A program made the position numbers and the translations under genes. The notes beneath the pieces are model-generated. The model was not told the origin of the DNA and did not search any database. It was given only the letters and a program-made list of their open reading frames with translations. This document shows positions 48,097 through 60,903 of a stretch of 64,000 nucleotides of DNA, piece after piece. Numbering within the stretch: the first letter of the stretch is position 1; each line of letters starts with the position of its first letter. Location: the NCBI GenBank assembly GCA_030141605.1, contig JAQGDQ010002367.1, forward strand, positions 310,001 to 374,000. The letters run 5' to 3'. This DNA is from Tubiluchus corallicola (Eukaryota; Animalia; Priapulida).

Positions 48097-51000
48097 GATA
48101 AAAATGCATTAGATTTGGTTACGTCTACTATAGTGCTATTATGCAAAGTGAGTGAACATAGTCAGCTAGTATACTCCTGACACGAAGTAAATCAATACTG
48201 CAATACAGAGCGAGTACAATCTCAAAATCTCAAAATCATTTCGCTTTTACATTACGAGCTTATGCAGTGTTTACGTGTTTCACAAAGCTATTATATTGTT
48301 CATTAATAATGTATTACAGTAACTGATGTCGTACGGAACGCACGCGAATATTCAATTTCCATTCAAGCACGTTATTAAAAATACGTTGCATAGTTTTTGT
48401 AAACTTTATAACCGTAATAAAACAATCCTTCGCATACGCTTATCATATTGTAATTATTTTACCATAATATGAATAGAAATGTTGAATTTTTTACGTCGCA
48501 TTACAAGATCGCAAATTCTCAGTCCGTTGATTACGCGGTGTTTTTTTCATTTCCCTAATAATTACAGATTAATTCGGTTAATCATTCCGCATTTTAATTG
48601 TCTTACTGTGTATTGATCTGCCTATGTAGTTTTGTAGCTTCCTGTTGGCTTATTTGTTTATTCTTTTCATTATTATTGTGCAGAGAGCCGTTCATTGCCA
48701 GTCACTCGTTGCATAACAGAGTCAGGGAAGAAGCTTTATCATATTAACCTTGTCTCAATCATATTCATTGTAACTCGTCAAAATCTGTATGTCGTGGACC
48801 ATTTTTGATGTAATCAGTACACGGTTAGTGTTATCCACTTTAAATGATGCTTTTTGTGTTATTGTCATCATCATCATCATAAAGTATAAGGTAACGTAGT
48901 CATTATTTGCAAGAAAAACCACATAATTATTATTCTCTATTTTTTAGCTTCGTAGTTAATCTCGCGTAGGTAAAGCGAATTTTTCGTTATTTTGTCGATG
49001 ACTTTAAATCATTCCCAAAAGTGAAAAATTACTTTCAGTCTAATAAGTCTTTCCCCTTTGTAGAATGTTCGCGTTTTACTGCATGATTATGCTCAAAACG
49101 TTTTCGCAGTGTTTGACTAGTCACACTAATATTCGTTTCAAGTGCAACATAAACAATTTAATGCCTTCGCTATTTAAATGAAGCAAATTACTTTGATAAA
49201 TTACTTGACTAAGAGTTGACTATTTTCCCAAATATTCATGTTTGAGTTAAATTTAGTTTTGAAGTAGCACCTAAAATATCACGAAGCATAATTTGCCCGT
49301 TCTAATTCGCAAATTCGCGGAAAATAAATTTCCAAATAACTGCAAATGACATCAGCGATAATAAATTTTAGAAATGTCTGGTTAGGGTTGACCAGATATA
49401 CAAATGCCAACGATTAACCAGGTTTTGCAAATTGCACTTCTCTGGCTGCTTGTTTTACTTTTCACGGAATGGCTAAAAGCAAAAGAAGTGCTGCCTTGTG
49501 AAAAGTATACATGCATGAAAATTTAACATATATTTAGTTACTGTTTCGTTCTTAGCCCTCTGTAGTTACAATCAAAACATACAGAAGAGAAAAATATAAT
49601 TAGTAAATTACAACATGAAAACACAATTCAAAATTAAAACGACTTAACATATTGAACTGACGTCGGCCAAGCAGTCTTGCGTTGAAGTTCATGCTGCTAC
49701 ATCCTGTTGTACAGCTTATCCAAAAACCGTTGAAAAATGCCAAAATAGAAAGAGTAAAACGGACCAGCAAACTTGTACTGCACCTCTAGTACGGAGCAGG
49801 TGGTGCTAGGGGACCGCGGAATCATTACCTGCGGTTGATTATACACCTACTATACACAGAATGACTTCGTAATGCAGCGTACGCGAGCCTTTGCAACGTA
49901 CAGTTGGGAAGAGGGGAGAAAATAAATGGCACTTCACCGACAATACAATATGGCCCATCAATGGTTGTATTAATTGTGGAAAAGTTTCAATGGAAAAAAA
50001 GAAATAAAAAAGAAATTACAAAACAAATTCTAAGTGAATGTAACAAATTACTGGACGAAAGTTCAAAAGTGAGATTTCTCAGAGAAGAACATAAATGGGG
50101 CCTGAAAGAATATATGACAAAATTTAATTCATCAGATGTAAAAAAAACATTAAAGATAGAAGGCTAGACATGGTAACAGTAAAATTGTATTACAAGAACT
50201 CCTTTAAAAATAATTTATTATGTCCGATAAACAAGACACCACAGAACATTTGTATTTGCGTAAGGGATATTATAAAACCAGTTTAATTTATACTTCAGAT
50301 GTTTCAATTAATGATGTTATAAGTGAAAGTAGTGGAAGACTATTAAAGTCAAGAAGGTTTGTGAAGATTGTAGGTGTTGCAGAAAAGAAATAAAAGATGG
50401 ATGAAAGATATGATGATGAATAAAATTTAAGGCAGTGTCTAAAAGCCCTAGCAAACGATCATAAATCGTTTGCGTTTGCCACTCCAGTGGAGGGGGCAAG
50501 ATATACAAGGTTGCCGAGGATATGATATCCACCATGGATATTTGTACGTGATTCACATTAAGTTATAGTGATATTACTAATTTTGAATAACTTACGTCAG
50601 CAAAGCCAAATTCAAAGTCATCTCTATGCTGAAGCAGAAGCTTATGTTCTGTTCAGCACTCAGAGGAGCTGAACACTGTCGAAATGTAATAGGTATGAAG
50701 TTGAAGAACTGGACGAAAAGTCGCCTCAGTGACTGTTTAAGTTACACTTTATGTTTAAAGTTTTCTGAAAGCTTGTTCTACTGACAATGAATTTTATTAT
50801 GACTTTTACCTCCTCCATGGTACTTTTGCGCATTTGAGAAAAGCACGGCTTGGTTTCAACAACTACAAACGTTTATGCCTTTGCTTTCTTATATTTAATG
50901 CCAGTAGAAAGTATAAACCTTTTGTACTTAGTGGGTATTCAGAGGACATGATTGCAAGGATGGGCAATAAACGTTTTTGGGTTGGATATGGATTTATCCA

Positions 51001-52365
51001 TGGATGTCTATGCAAAATTGGTCGATATGGATGTGAACATGGATGTGAAATCTCAAAACTATGTGGCAAGCCTGAAATTATGTGTGTAAAATTACAGTTT
51101 TTGATTTCTGCGAGAATTTAACACAGACTTCGTAAATATACAGACAGTAAGTCAGATTGTCAGCATTGAAAATTGTCAAAAAGATTTTTCAGTGATTGAA
51201 ACAGCTTAAGAAATAACAATTATGTTCAATTTAACCCTTAGCCGACCAAGGTGGGGTAAAAAATTATCCCAGAAGTGCTCACATTTTTTATATTGATGCA
51301 CACAACGAACTTCTAACTAGCAGTGATTAAGTATTTTTCGATTTGTTATGCAACCATACCTTGGTTTTGTTGAAAAGTATTATTCATGCTTTTTTATAAA
51401 CACGGGTGCCAGATACTACCAAATGTGGGGTAACGTATTACACCTTGGTTTTTTTATTAAATTTTGGAATTTACTTTGCAGTATTTTTCTTTCTGGCAGC
51501 ACTATGTGTTTACTTTAAAAATTAAGAACTGTTGCAGACCTCCGATTCGGCCAACAGTTCTGCAAAGAGATTTTTCTAACGATCTGTTGAGAAAATTTCA
51601 TATTAAAGCTTGTGGACCTTCGTTTAGTAATATGGCCGGAACTTCAGTTGAACTAAGCTTAAAGCTGATGAAGATGAAATTTTAGAAAATCCAGCAAGTG
51701 AATTCGAAGTGGATGTCTTAGAATTAAACAGTGAACATCGTTAGGCATTATAAAAATTTTCACAAGATTTGAAAAACAAAGCTTAAATAATATAGCATAA
51801 TTAATATAGTGTGGTGGTAGAACTTTTTTCCTTTGTGCCCTCCTATATCTACACCAACTTTGAGCAGAACTTGATTTTGTACTAATAGGATCACCTTGGT
51901 TACTATTTTGTCAGTTTATTCAGTTAGTAAAACATATTAAGCAAAACTTTCACGGGGTAATTGTTTACCTGCTTGGTGTTTATTGTAATATAAAAACCCT
52001 TTGGTCGGCTAAGAGTTAAGAAGCACAGACTTATAAGTAGAGACTTACAGTAAGGGTCCAGTTGGGTTAAATTAGATGTACTAAAGTTCGAACTTACTGT
52101 ATAGTTGTGAATTCCATATAACGTCGCAGAGTGCCCAGCCACTGGCCACTACATAGAAGATGGGTTGGTCGTCAGCAGCTGGTTTCCACAACCAGAGAAC
52201 AAAGAACAGGCAAATGTGGAACATCAATCCTGCCGTCATAATGGCAAGTCGGTTGATATGTTTGGTTACATGACTTATAGTTATGACGGTAGCGGCAGCC
52301 GTCAAACCGTAGCAAATCATCGTGTAACCCACATCTTGAATTCTCAGGGCGCAGAATACATACGA
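47656..52365 (-). CDS. UNC93A: UNC93A-like MFS membrane protein, last two exons (upstream exons not found in window)
   Basis: Exons 52098-52365 and 47656-47879 splice to SYVFCALRIQDVGYTMICYG...HICLFFVLWLWKP...WALCDVIWNSQLYNMIALLMGDCYEHAYVAYYMVQAAGLSVAFGCSPYVCTQIKICL...YSIIELRIQK, collinear with the UNC-93 C-terminal half. Exact paralog uncertain. Confidence 0.85.
47956..48094. repeat. (AG)n microsatellite
   Basis: Directly visible; reads as a long pyrimidine tract on the UNC93A-like sense strand. Confidence 0.95.
49970..50420 (+). mobile_element. Degenerate non-LTR retrotransposon ORF2 C-terminal fragment
   Basis: LKEYM...LDMVTVKLYYKNSFKNNLLCP...TTEHL resembles a decayed CCHC zinc-knuckle end of LINE ORF2. 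Confidence 0.45.
50506..51074. mobile_element. Degenerate hAT-like MITE with ATGGAT subterminal repeats
   Basis: Ends CAAGGTTGCCG / TGGCAAGCCTG; repeated ATGGAT motifs at both ends; TSD decayed. Confidence 0.5.
51235..52015 (+). mobile_element. piggyBac-like non-autonomous element
   Basis: TTAA-CCCTTAGCCGACCAA ... TTGGTCGGCTAAGAG-TTAA; internal decayed acidic peptide (MAGTSVEL.../DEDEILENPASEFEVD). Confidence 0.8.
52098..52365 (-). CDS. UNC93A: UNC93A-like penultimate exon
   Basis: TTTTCAG acceptor, GTAAGT donor, 268 nt, TM-rich. Confidence 0.88.
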
Positions 52366-55300
52366 CTGAAAAGAAATACAAACTATTGTTTGTTTTGGCA
52401 GTATATAAAACTAATAAACTGCGATGCAGCCGCAACACAAGCCTGAAGCAAATAGGTTCGCATTCTTCTAGACACCCAAAAATTTTTTCATCACCTACAG
52501 TAATAGAGAAAGAGAATGTACAAAGAGAAGAAGACAAAGAGAGACAGACAGAATACTCTACACAGGAATGCGGTTACAATCGTATAACCCGAAAATTGAA
52601 ACATGTATTTGAGCCCTATCAACAACATGAAAATAGACTCTATGTGTCTAGTGTCTGTGTGGAGAGATTCGGACTGAGAGTCATGAGCTCAAATACTGCT
52701 CTGTCACTAGTCATATAAGAGACAACCACGAAAACATTAATTTTGACAATTTAGTGAAGTGAGAGTTAGTATCTTTATTTTCCTTTTTCTCCTTTCCTCG
52801 CTTTTTCTAACTGTTATATTAGTTTTGATGAGTGAGCAACTAGACCTGTCAGGAAAGACACACAAAGTCATTTTGTGACACACAAAGTCATTTTGTATGT
52901 TATTCTGAAAATACCAATCAGAACAGTTTTCGTTTTAGATGTGTTGCGCAATGGATAAACCAGGGACATAAATTATACGTATTCCCAAACATTGCTGCGT
53001 GGGCGCAGAGCGATTCAGTGCCATAAAGTTAACAGTGCTCGACACAATCTCTTCTTTGTCATGGCATTAATGTTTCTCTGGGTTTCATTAATTGTTGTAA
53101 CAATGTTAGTTTTTACATTGTAGCTATGCCATCAACCAGCTGTTTGTGAAAACTCATCAATTTTCCTTATTGAAGCCGAATGTTTAAAACAAGGCCTCAC
53201 TTAGCAACAACATGTCGGGACTTACCATAACAAAGTCCAAGTCAGCTGCGTAAGGCATGTTGGAGAACGATTCCAAGACATAATTAAGGTTCTAACAGTT
53301 GAGGGCCAGAGAGAAAATGCTAAGCCACGATTGATATTGTGACGGTTTATAGGTGCCAGCCTCTATCTTACACTTTGCATGTTAGTAAAGATGAGGTGTA
53401 GTAGAATAGTCGCTCTATTCCTTGTAGTTTTCTGGATGAGGCAAATCCATTACTATTGGTGATACAAGCAAGAATAAAATTAATATAATAACTGTTTGAG
53501 ATAAACCTTTCTAACTGTTTGAGAATAACTAATTAAGATCAACCTTTTGTAAACCAAATCGAATTCGGAGAGTTTTTTTATTTAAACTCTATGATCAGTG
53601 GCATGAAATTTTTCTAGATTTTGTGCTTTGCGTTTTGATTATTGTTGAAATTTTATAGAGAAAAGTCTTTCCTTAACATTAATTGAAAGTCACGTCTCTT
53701 TGTAATAATACCCAATATTTGACTAAGTTCTTTGACAGTTTTCATGTTTGTTCTTCAAAAATTAAAGCCACGGCATACAAATTCAATCTAAATGTCAACA
53801 ACAGAGCAGGAATTCATGACTTGCTAGACTACCAATTTTGTCACGATAACCTCTTCGTTTATTTAAACCCCAAGCATTTGGGCTCAGGTTGGGGCAATTA
53901 ACTCTCCCGCGGGATTCAAGTGTTCTACTACAGCACATCATCGTCGTGCCCTTTGTAGCACTTTTGCTCAGTCAAACTCTTAATTTATGATGTAAATGTG
54001 TTGTAAATGAGCAAAGTATATTATTTAACAAAGCTTAGCTTATATAAAAAACTTACATACGTATATTACATATACAAATTTGCATACATAAATACATGTA
54101 CAAGTGCAATAATGACTATTTGGTTGAGTTCTTTACAGATTAGGACTAATAATCACCATCAGCACCAGGCACCCTTGTCAGAGTATGGAAGTTCCAGTGA
54201 GGTTCGTTAGCGATATCACTCTTTAAGTTCATCTTTATAGCTGGCTAGGGAGTTCAACAACATTTCCAATGTTAGCTCACTCACGCTGCATTGAATCTAA
54301 CTAATTATCAAATTAATTTTAATTTTAATTATTTATTTTATTTAATTGGTCAGAAGAACGTTGGTAGTTATTATGATAGTCTAGTAATCTAAGATGTTTG
54401 CTTTGTAAGCAGAAAGTCCTTACTTCAAATTCTGGCTTTGCTCCAACTTTTCACATTTCCTGTTTTTCAAGTTTGGTTTCAAAATTTAATTAATTTTGAG
54501 CTTGTACAAACCATTAATATTAATCTTGATATTATGATTAAAATGTTCATTATCTTTTGTTTGAGTAAAGTCGTCATTCATGCGGCTTCGTCGACTTGAT
54601 AAGTTTATTGTTAATCATTAAATAAAGATCAACAATCCTAAGCTCTTTTCACAATTAAAAAGTGCATTAACACTGGCTGTTACTAAATAACGATAGGTCA
54701 TGTATGTCTGGATGTTTCACACCAGCATCTTGCCGTGTGTCTATTTGGTTAAACCGAAGCTTTGAAGCCACAAAGATTACTGCCTACTCAAATTCGCCCT
54801 TTCCATACGAACGTAATAAGAATTTTGATGAAAGATTTGGCATGGGAATCCTTATATATACAAGCAGTAGCAGGTGCAGCCTTCCCATAACTATCCAATT
54901 ATGATTTCATAACATGAACTGCAAACTGGTAATTGCATTGGAAAACCGAATGCAATAAAAGGAAAGTCGACAGAGCCTTTTGTAGACTAAGGTTGAACAG
55001 AGCTGCTGCTGTTGAAGGAGGATTTGATGAGGGCTACAGACAGGCAAAAATTAACAATAGAGAGAGAAAAACCATGTCTCTGCGCTGTTACTTGTGGCAA
55101 GCAGCGCATAAGGTAATAATATAATTAAACACTATAACATATGAGAAATTACTGCTTTCGCCTTTTGTAGGTTATTAATATGTATTGTAAATAAATATAC
55201 AAGGTTGTCCAGAAAAAATAAAATAAAATAAAACTGCGAGTTTCTTGAGGATTCTGTTTATTAATACAACCGTAGGCTTATTTGTAGCAAGCGCAGCATA

Positions 55301-56772
55301 CAGTAATAACAATGATTAAACACAATGGACAAATTACTCCAATCTGCGGGTCTGTTGTAGATTCCGTTTACTATTATTGTTGCACCATAGACCTCTTCTC
55401 CTTCAACCACATGTACTCATTAACTTCTTTAAACACTAGCTTATACACATCCTCACACTCACTCACTCACTCACTTGGACTCCCGAACGTTCTCTTTCAC
55501 ACAGTGACTCTTTTTTTCTAGTATCACAGAAAACGGGTCTAACATTAGAAAAATTTCTGTTTCATGGTTACCGAACGACTGTCAATTGGAACAGATGAAA
55601 AAAATGAAATTAGTTATTAAAAATTGGATGAAACATTTTTGAAGAATACAAATAAAACAGTCTTTCCGGATAGTCAATAATGCACAGCCAGGGTCTTCCA
55701 GACAAAAACATTATCTAAAAATTCTTTAATAAACAGAAATTACAAGTCAAAAAGGCGTGCAAATTTTAAAGAGTAACAATAAATATCTATATTTTATACC
55801 CAAGAAAAAAATAGTTGAAAAATTTGTGTTTTAAAAATGTGATGTTTGAAATAGTAGTTTCCTAACAAAGAATATGAAAATTATCCAAAATTTACCAATG
55901 TGACTGAAAAAGAAATGCAGCCTTCTTTATCTGATATTTCTTTATCTGTACAACTTAAAAACAATCTATGTGCTTTTCTTCCATTTCAATCATTTCATGT
56001 CATCTATTCCAATCAAGGTATGTCGGAATTGGTCAAAAACTGAATTAATCTCATTTTAGCCCATTCTTGAGAAAAACTTTTAGAACGTTTTTCGGTTCAA
56101 GTTTTCTTACGTAATCACTTCGCTAAGACAACTTCCCCTTCTATTCTTTGTTAATGAAAATACAATTTCAAGCAACACATTTTTTAGAACATTCAGTAAA
56201 ACTAAAATATAAAACTTACAATTACGTTTTTTCTTGTGTATAAAAATATGTATCTTCATCGTTATTCGCTTAAATTTTCATGTCTTTTTGACTTGTAAAA
56301 TTTTTTGAAGAATTTTGAAGTAATGCTTTTTCTGGCCGACTTTGTACAAGTGTTGCATTTATCATGAATTTCGATCTTGATTAATCTGTCTTCTTTATTC
56401 TACATTGCAACAGTCTTTCGCGCCTTCATAAGTTATAAATATATCTGTATTTATCTAGTGCTGACAGATTACATGTTTTGTTTTAGTGAGAACATTTTTT
56501 GTAATTAATGTCTATGGTCTAAAAGTCCAATGATTGGAATGTATGCATTTGCAACAAATAAAATGATTTTATACTACTGTTATTAAATGCGTTGATTAGA
56601 TACAGTAAACATGCACCTGAACCAACTTTTAAAATCACATTACAGGCTAAATTTGGGAATTTCTCGAGTAAAACTCGAGTATTTTGTTATGGGACTTGTC
56701 GCTCTTTCAAATATCTATGGTCAGTGTGAACTTCGGTTTCGAATTCGTTTAAGATATTAGTAGGCTTTGAAA

Positions 56773-56990
56773 GGCGCTTTAGCCTAGTGATTACGATGTC
56801 CGCTTGTGATTCAGGGGTTCTGAGTTCGAATCCCATCTACATCGGGTATTTTCGAGCCATGTACCACTTAATCAGAACTTCTGTCTTCTTCTTAATGCCT
56901 CATCATGGGGTGCTGGTGGAAGAGTGCTAGTGTACTGACACTACAAAATAAGATGCCGTAACTATTTACTTTAACACCAGACGGGGCAGG
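56773..56990 (+). mobile_element. tRNA-derived SINE-like element (Pol III A/B boxes)
   Basis: A box TAGCCTAGTGA, B box GAGTTCGAATCCC at tRNA spacing; acceptor stem does not pair, so not a functional tRNA. Confidence 0.55.
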
Positions 56991-57854
56991 CATGAAACCA
57001 TTTTTCTTCCTTCTTCTCTTTCAAAAGGCTCAATAAATCATTAAGATTTGGATAGAAGTTACGTATATTTTATTAATATATTCGCTGGACAATGCACTGC
57101 ACCCACAACAGACATCAAGGAACGGTTGAGCAGGTACAGCATTGATGCACCAGCTATTACGATTCTGTTTTGTAACGGATGAGGAAAATGTCGCGAAAGC
57201 TGATGAGGTAATTTTATCCTACCTAATCAACAGATGCGCATGCGCCATGTAGCAAAATGCAAAAAATCGATGCTTGATACAAATCCAATACTGTACCCTA
57301 AGCATCTTTACAGTTAATCTTTCAAAATCAGCAGGAAATTTGAAAATTTACTGCTGAATTGTTATTGCTGATCCAAAAACGTCAATAATTGCTTATAAGT
57401 CTTCATGACAATAATTACTTCCTATCGAACTAAAGTATCGAAATTTCGAGTACTTCAAGTCCAGCTTTGGTTTCCGAAAGTAACTGCGAATGTTACAGTA
57501 ATTCACATGTGAAAATGAAAGGGAAATAATATTACGTATGGATCAACTACTCCTCTTAGGTTCCCAATCTCGTTGCTTCTCACATTTGCTTATTAGACGA
57601 ATTATTGCTACGCGTAGCGTGAAACAGCCACATTTAGCTTTAGCAGCAACAGATTACAGACATCATTAGCAAAATGTTCTCCGATTTCTCTGCACGATTC
57701 ACTGAGTTTAGTGTTCCATCACCACTCAACAACTGAGAAACTGACTATAATCGCATCTGTACAACAGTAACATAGCTTTCTCAGCCAGAAAGAGAAAAAG
57801 AGAAAGAGAAAAACGATAAATGAATGGAATAATGGAAGGAATCAGATAGACAGC

Positions 57855-57866
57855 GAGAGAGAGAGA

Positions 57867-57952
<86 letters not shown>
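57855..57952. repeat. (AG)n microsatellite
   Basis: Directly visible. Confidence 0.95.
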
Positions 57953-57956
<4 letters not shown>

Positions 57957-59381
57957 ATTTCAACATTACTGGATTAACATCTCTATCGAAACTTTTCCCT
58001 GTGGTTAGCTTGTTGTGTTGAATTGGAGTGGCTCATTACTACTTCACTAGCATAGCAAATGTCAAAAGCAGAAATAGTATTTTCTACTGAGCGCCGTCAT
58101 TCTTCTTCGAGATTTACTTCATTAATGTGATCACCACGTAAAACCTCACACATGTCTTCATTGTTTGTGTAAATGTTATTTGAGTAGCATAGCATGCAAA
58201 TTTTACTGCATTTCTTTTCAGCGAATATTCTTCCAAAATGCGCTCCTTTTTGAACATTTAGATTAATTAACAATGTTGTTATAAAGCCATTTGACAGCAG
58301 CAGATTGCAGTTCTTGATTGAACTAATTTTTTTTACTTCAATGTACTCATTCCGGAGGGCTCTCACCTCATTTGAAAGCACACTAAGATTTTTCGTCCAA
58401 AATGGTTTCGAATGACAATTGACGTCTTAACGTAATATCAATCATTTTCGTTGACTGCCCAATCAGCGTGCAAGTTATTTCGCACCCCTGCAGAGCTTAA
58501 TTAACGCACGTACGTTCGGGTCATTTAGCTACAGCTGTGTCTAATGCTGTTAAGAAAAATGCTCAACTGTTCATTAGGTAGGAGAAATATTGGCCTGGCT
58601 CTAGATTTTGTTATTGTCAATTGAAATTGCAAATGAATTAGTGGAAATATATAGACTAGTTTTGTTTATAGGAAGAAATGCACAACGCTTATGTCTGAGT
58701 TGCTGATTAAACCATTTTGCAATCAAGAAAATACGCAGTTTAGTTTAGCTTATGGGTTTGCAAGTTAGGTAAAAACAACTATTTGATTAACTTTAAATAA
58801 GGACAAAACAAAATGTTTATTTTTCTGGCCAGTTTTTATAAACCTCAATGAGATCTTCACAGTGAAAATTAATCCAAATGTGGTCAAAACTTATATTATA
58901 CATCAATGTAATATTAACTAATTTTACCCTATTTTTCTGGTTATAAACATGGTTAAAAGATGCTATTGGGACTTATATGACTCGGGCATTCAATATAAGG
59001 GTCGTCTACGGAATGGACAGTCAAATTTTTCCCATTTCCCTAGCCTGACAAACGGAAAAATACAAAAACTGAATAAATCTTGCAGACGAGCACATGCTGT
59101 TAATAACGCAGTCATGATATGTTCGTATGTTTAAAGGCAAGAGAGACTTAATATTTTTGTTGCTCATCTATTGTAAAGCAAGGCTAGCTGGCTTAGTTTC
59201 TTTAGCGTGCTTACGTTACAGCGGGGGCGGAGCGATAGACCAATATGTTTTTCGTCAATTGTTTTTACGCAGGGCTTGATTTGATTATAAAAATACTCCA
59301 AACTGGGTTTGGCTTCCGTGTTATACAACGTCTTTTAGGGGACGGCGAAAATTCTTTTTATGTTCTGTTCTAAACTATGGC

Positions 59382-59405
59382 GAGAGAGAGGAGAGAGAGA
59401 GAGAG

Positions 59406-59472
<67 letters not shown>

Positions 59473-59524
59473 TAGAGTGAGAGAGAGAGAGGCAGAGAGG
59501 GGGAGAGAGAGGAGAAGGAGAGAA

Positions 59525-59616
<92 letters not shown>
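59382..59616. repeat. Long interrupted (AG)n microsatellite
   Basis: Directly visible. Confidence 0.95.
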
Positions 59617-59619
<3 letters not shown>

Positions 59620-60259
59620 CTAGGAAGAAAGTCAAATTTCTTAATGTCTTCTTAATTCTGGTGCGTGGTGTTTGGGAACTAATTCTAGTGAATGTGTGAT
59701 GGCGGATAAGAGGGATCATAGCTGCAGTAATAAGTTGTTCTCATAGTAAATACTGTCAAGGTTTTGTCTTTACACCTGCCACTAAGCTGGCATCCCGTTC
59801 CTAAGCAACAAAGCAGTCTTGACTGTATCTAGGAAAGCGAAAATGAGTAGTGATAAATGCTTGCTTTATAACTTTAGCGACGAACCAGCGAAGCAATAAC
59901 CAATAACAGATTAAGATTAGGTACTAATGCTTTATTAAAGTGTGCTCTTTGCATGAGAGCAGCTTATCAATTTGTCCTATTTGCAACAAGTGTAATTTGC
60001 AAACTGAAGACGTGTTACATTACTTTTAATATGTGCGTTTTACAATGCTATAAGATTACCTTATTTGATTATATAACTGATTTAATAGCTCCGTATGTTA
60101 ATTTCAATGACATTCTGGTGGTCGACAAAGCTAAACTTTTAATTGCTGGACAAGATGTATTTTCACATTCAATTAATCAATCGTTGCTTTTCGAGACACA
60201 AATGTACATTAGTAAGACTAAAAGGCAAATATAGTCGACTAAATTTATAATTTCACTAC

Positions 60260-60397
<138 letters not shown>

Positions 60398-60769
60398 ATT
60401 TCTCTACTGTCATACATCACTTCTATACAATAACCGTATCTTATTTAATGTGTCCACCGATTGTTTAATTGGCTGGGTGCACAACAGGTATACTTTGTAG
60501 CATATTCAGAAAAACCTTTGGTTAAGCAGCATAGTTGCTTGTAGATGGTATGAATGTACAGATGGTATTTTCTGAATGTATAGTATACCAGTTGTCTAAT
60601 TGTGCGACAAATATACGCAAATATCACAAAATGCGCTAACGGCAAAGAAAAAGAATGGCCACGAAATGACAAATTATTTGCGCTGTGTTCCAGCCTGGGG
60701 TCTATTTTTTATAAAATGTTGGTATTGATACACTGAACAGGTTTTGGTGCTGCTGTTCATATGGGTTCC

Positions 60770-60770
60770 C

Positions 60771-60811
<41 letters not shown>

Positions 60812-60826
60812 TGCGTGCGTGCGTGC

Positions 60827-60858
<32 letters not shown>

Positions 60859-60903
60859 GTGCGTGCGTGCGTGTGCGTGTGTGTACGTGCATGTATATAT
60901 ATA
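60770..60903. repeat. Compound alternating purine-pyrimidine microsatellite (AT/GT/GCGT/GC)
   Basis: Directly visible, uninterrupted RY alternation. Confidence 0.95.

Noticed and set aside
52857-52896. 20-bp perfect tandem duplication GACACACAAAGTCATTTTGT
   Set aside because: Ordinary slippage or repair duplication with no associated structure.
54372-54440. tRNA-like sequences at about 54375 and about 30195
   Set aside because: Only degenerate A/B box remnants; old SINE heads at best.
56773-56845. Functional tRNA-His gene
   Set aside because: Acceptor and anticodon stems do not pair, so it is treated as a SINE-like head.
58097-58381. 94-aa minus-strand ORF with CxxIC-like motif
   Set aside because: No recognisable family or splice context; possibly a transposon remnant but unsupported.
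59360-59719. ORFs with poly-ER, poly-SL, poly-N or poly-I (also at 47855, 57781, 60177, 60674, 63265)
   Set aside because: Translations of microsatellites.
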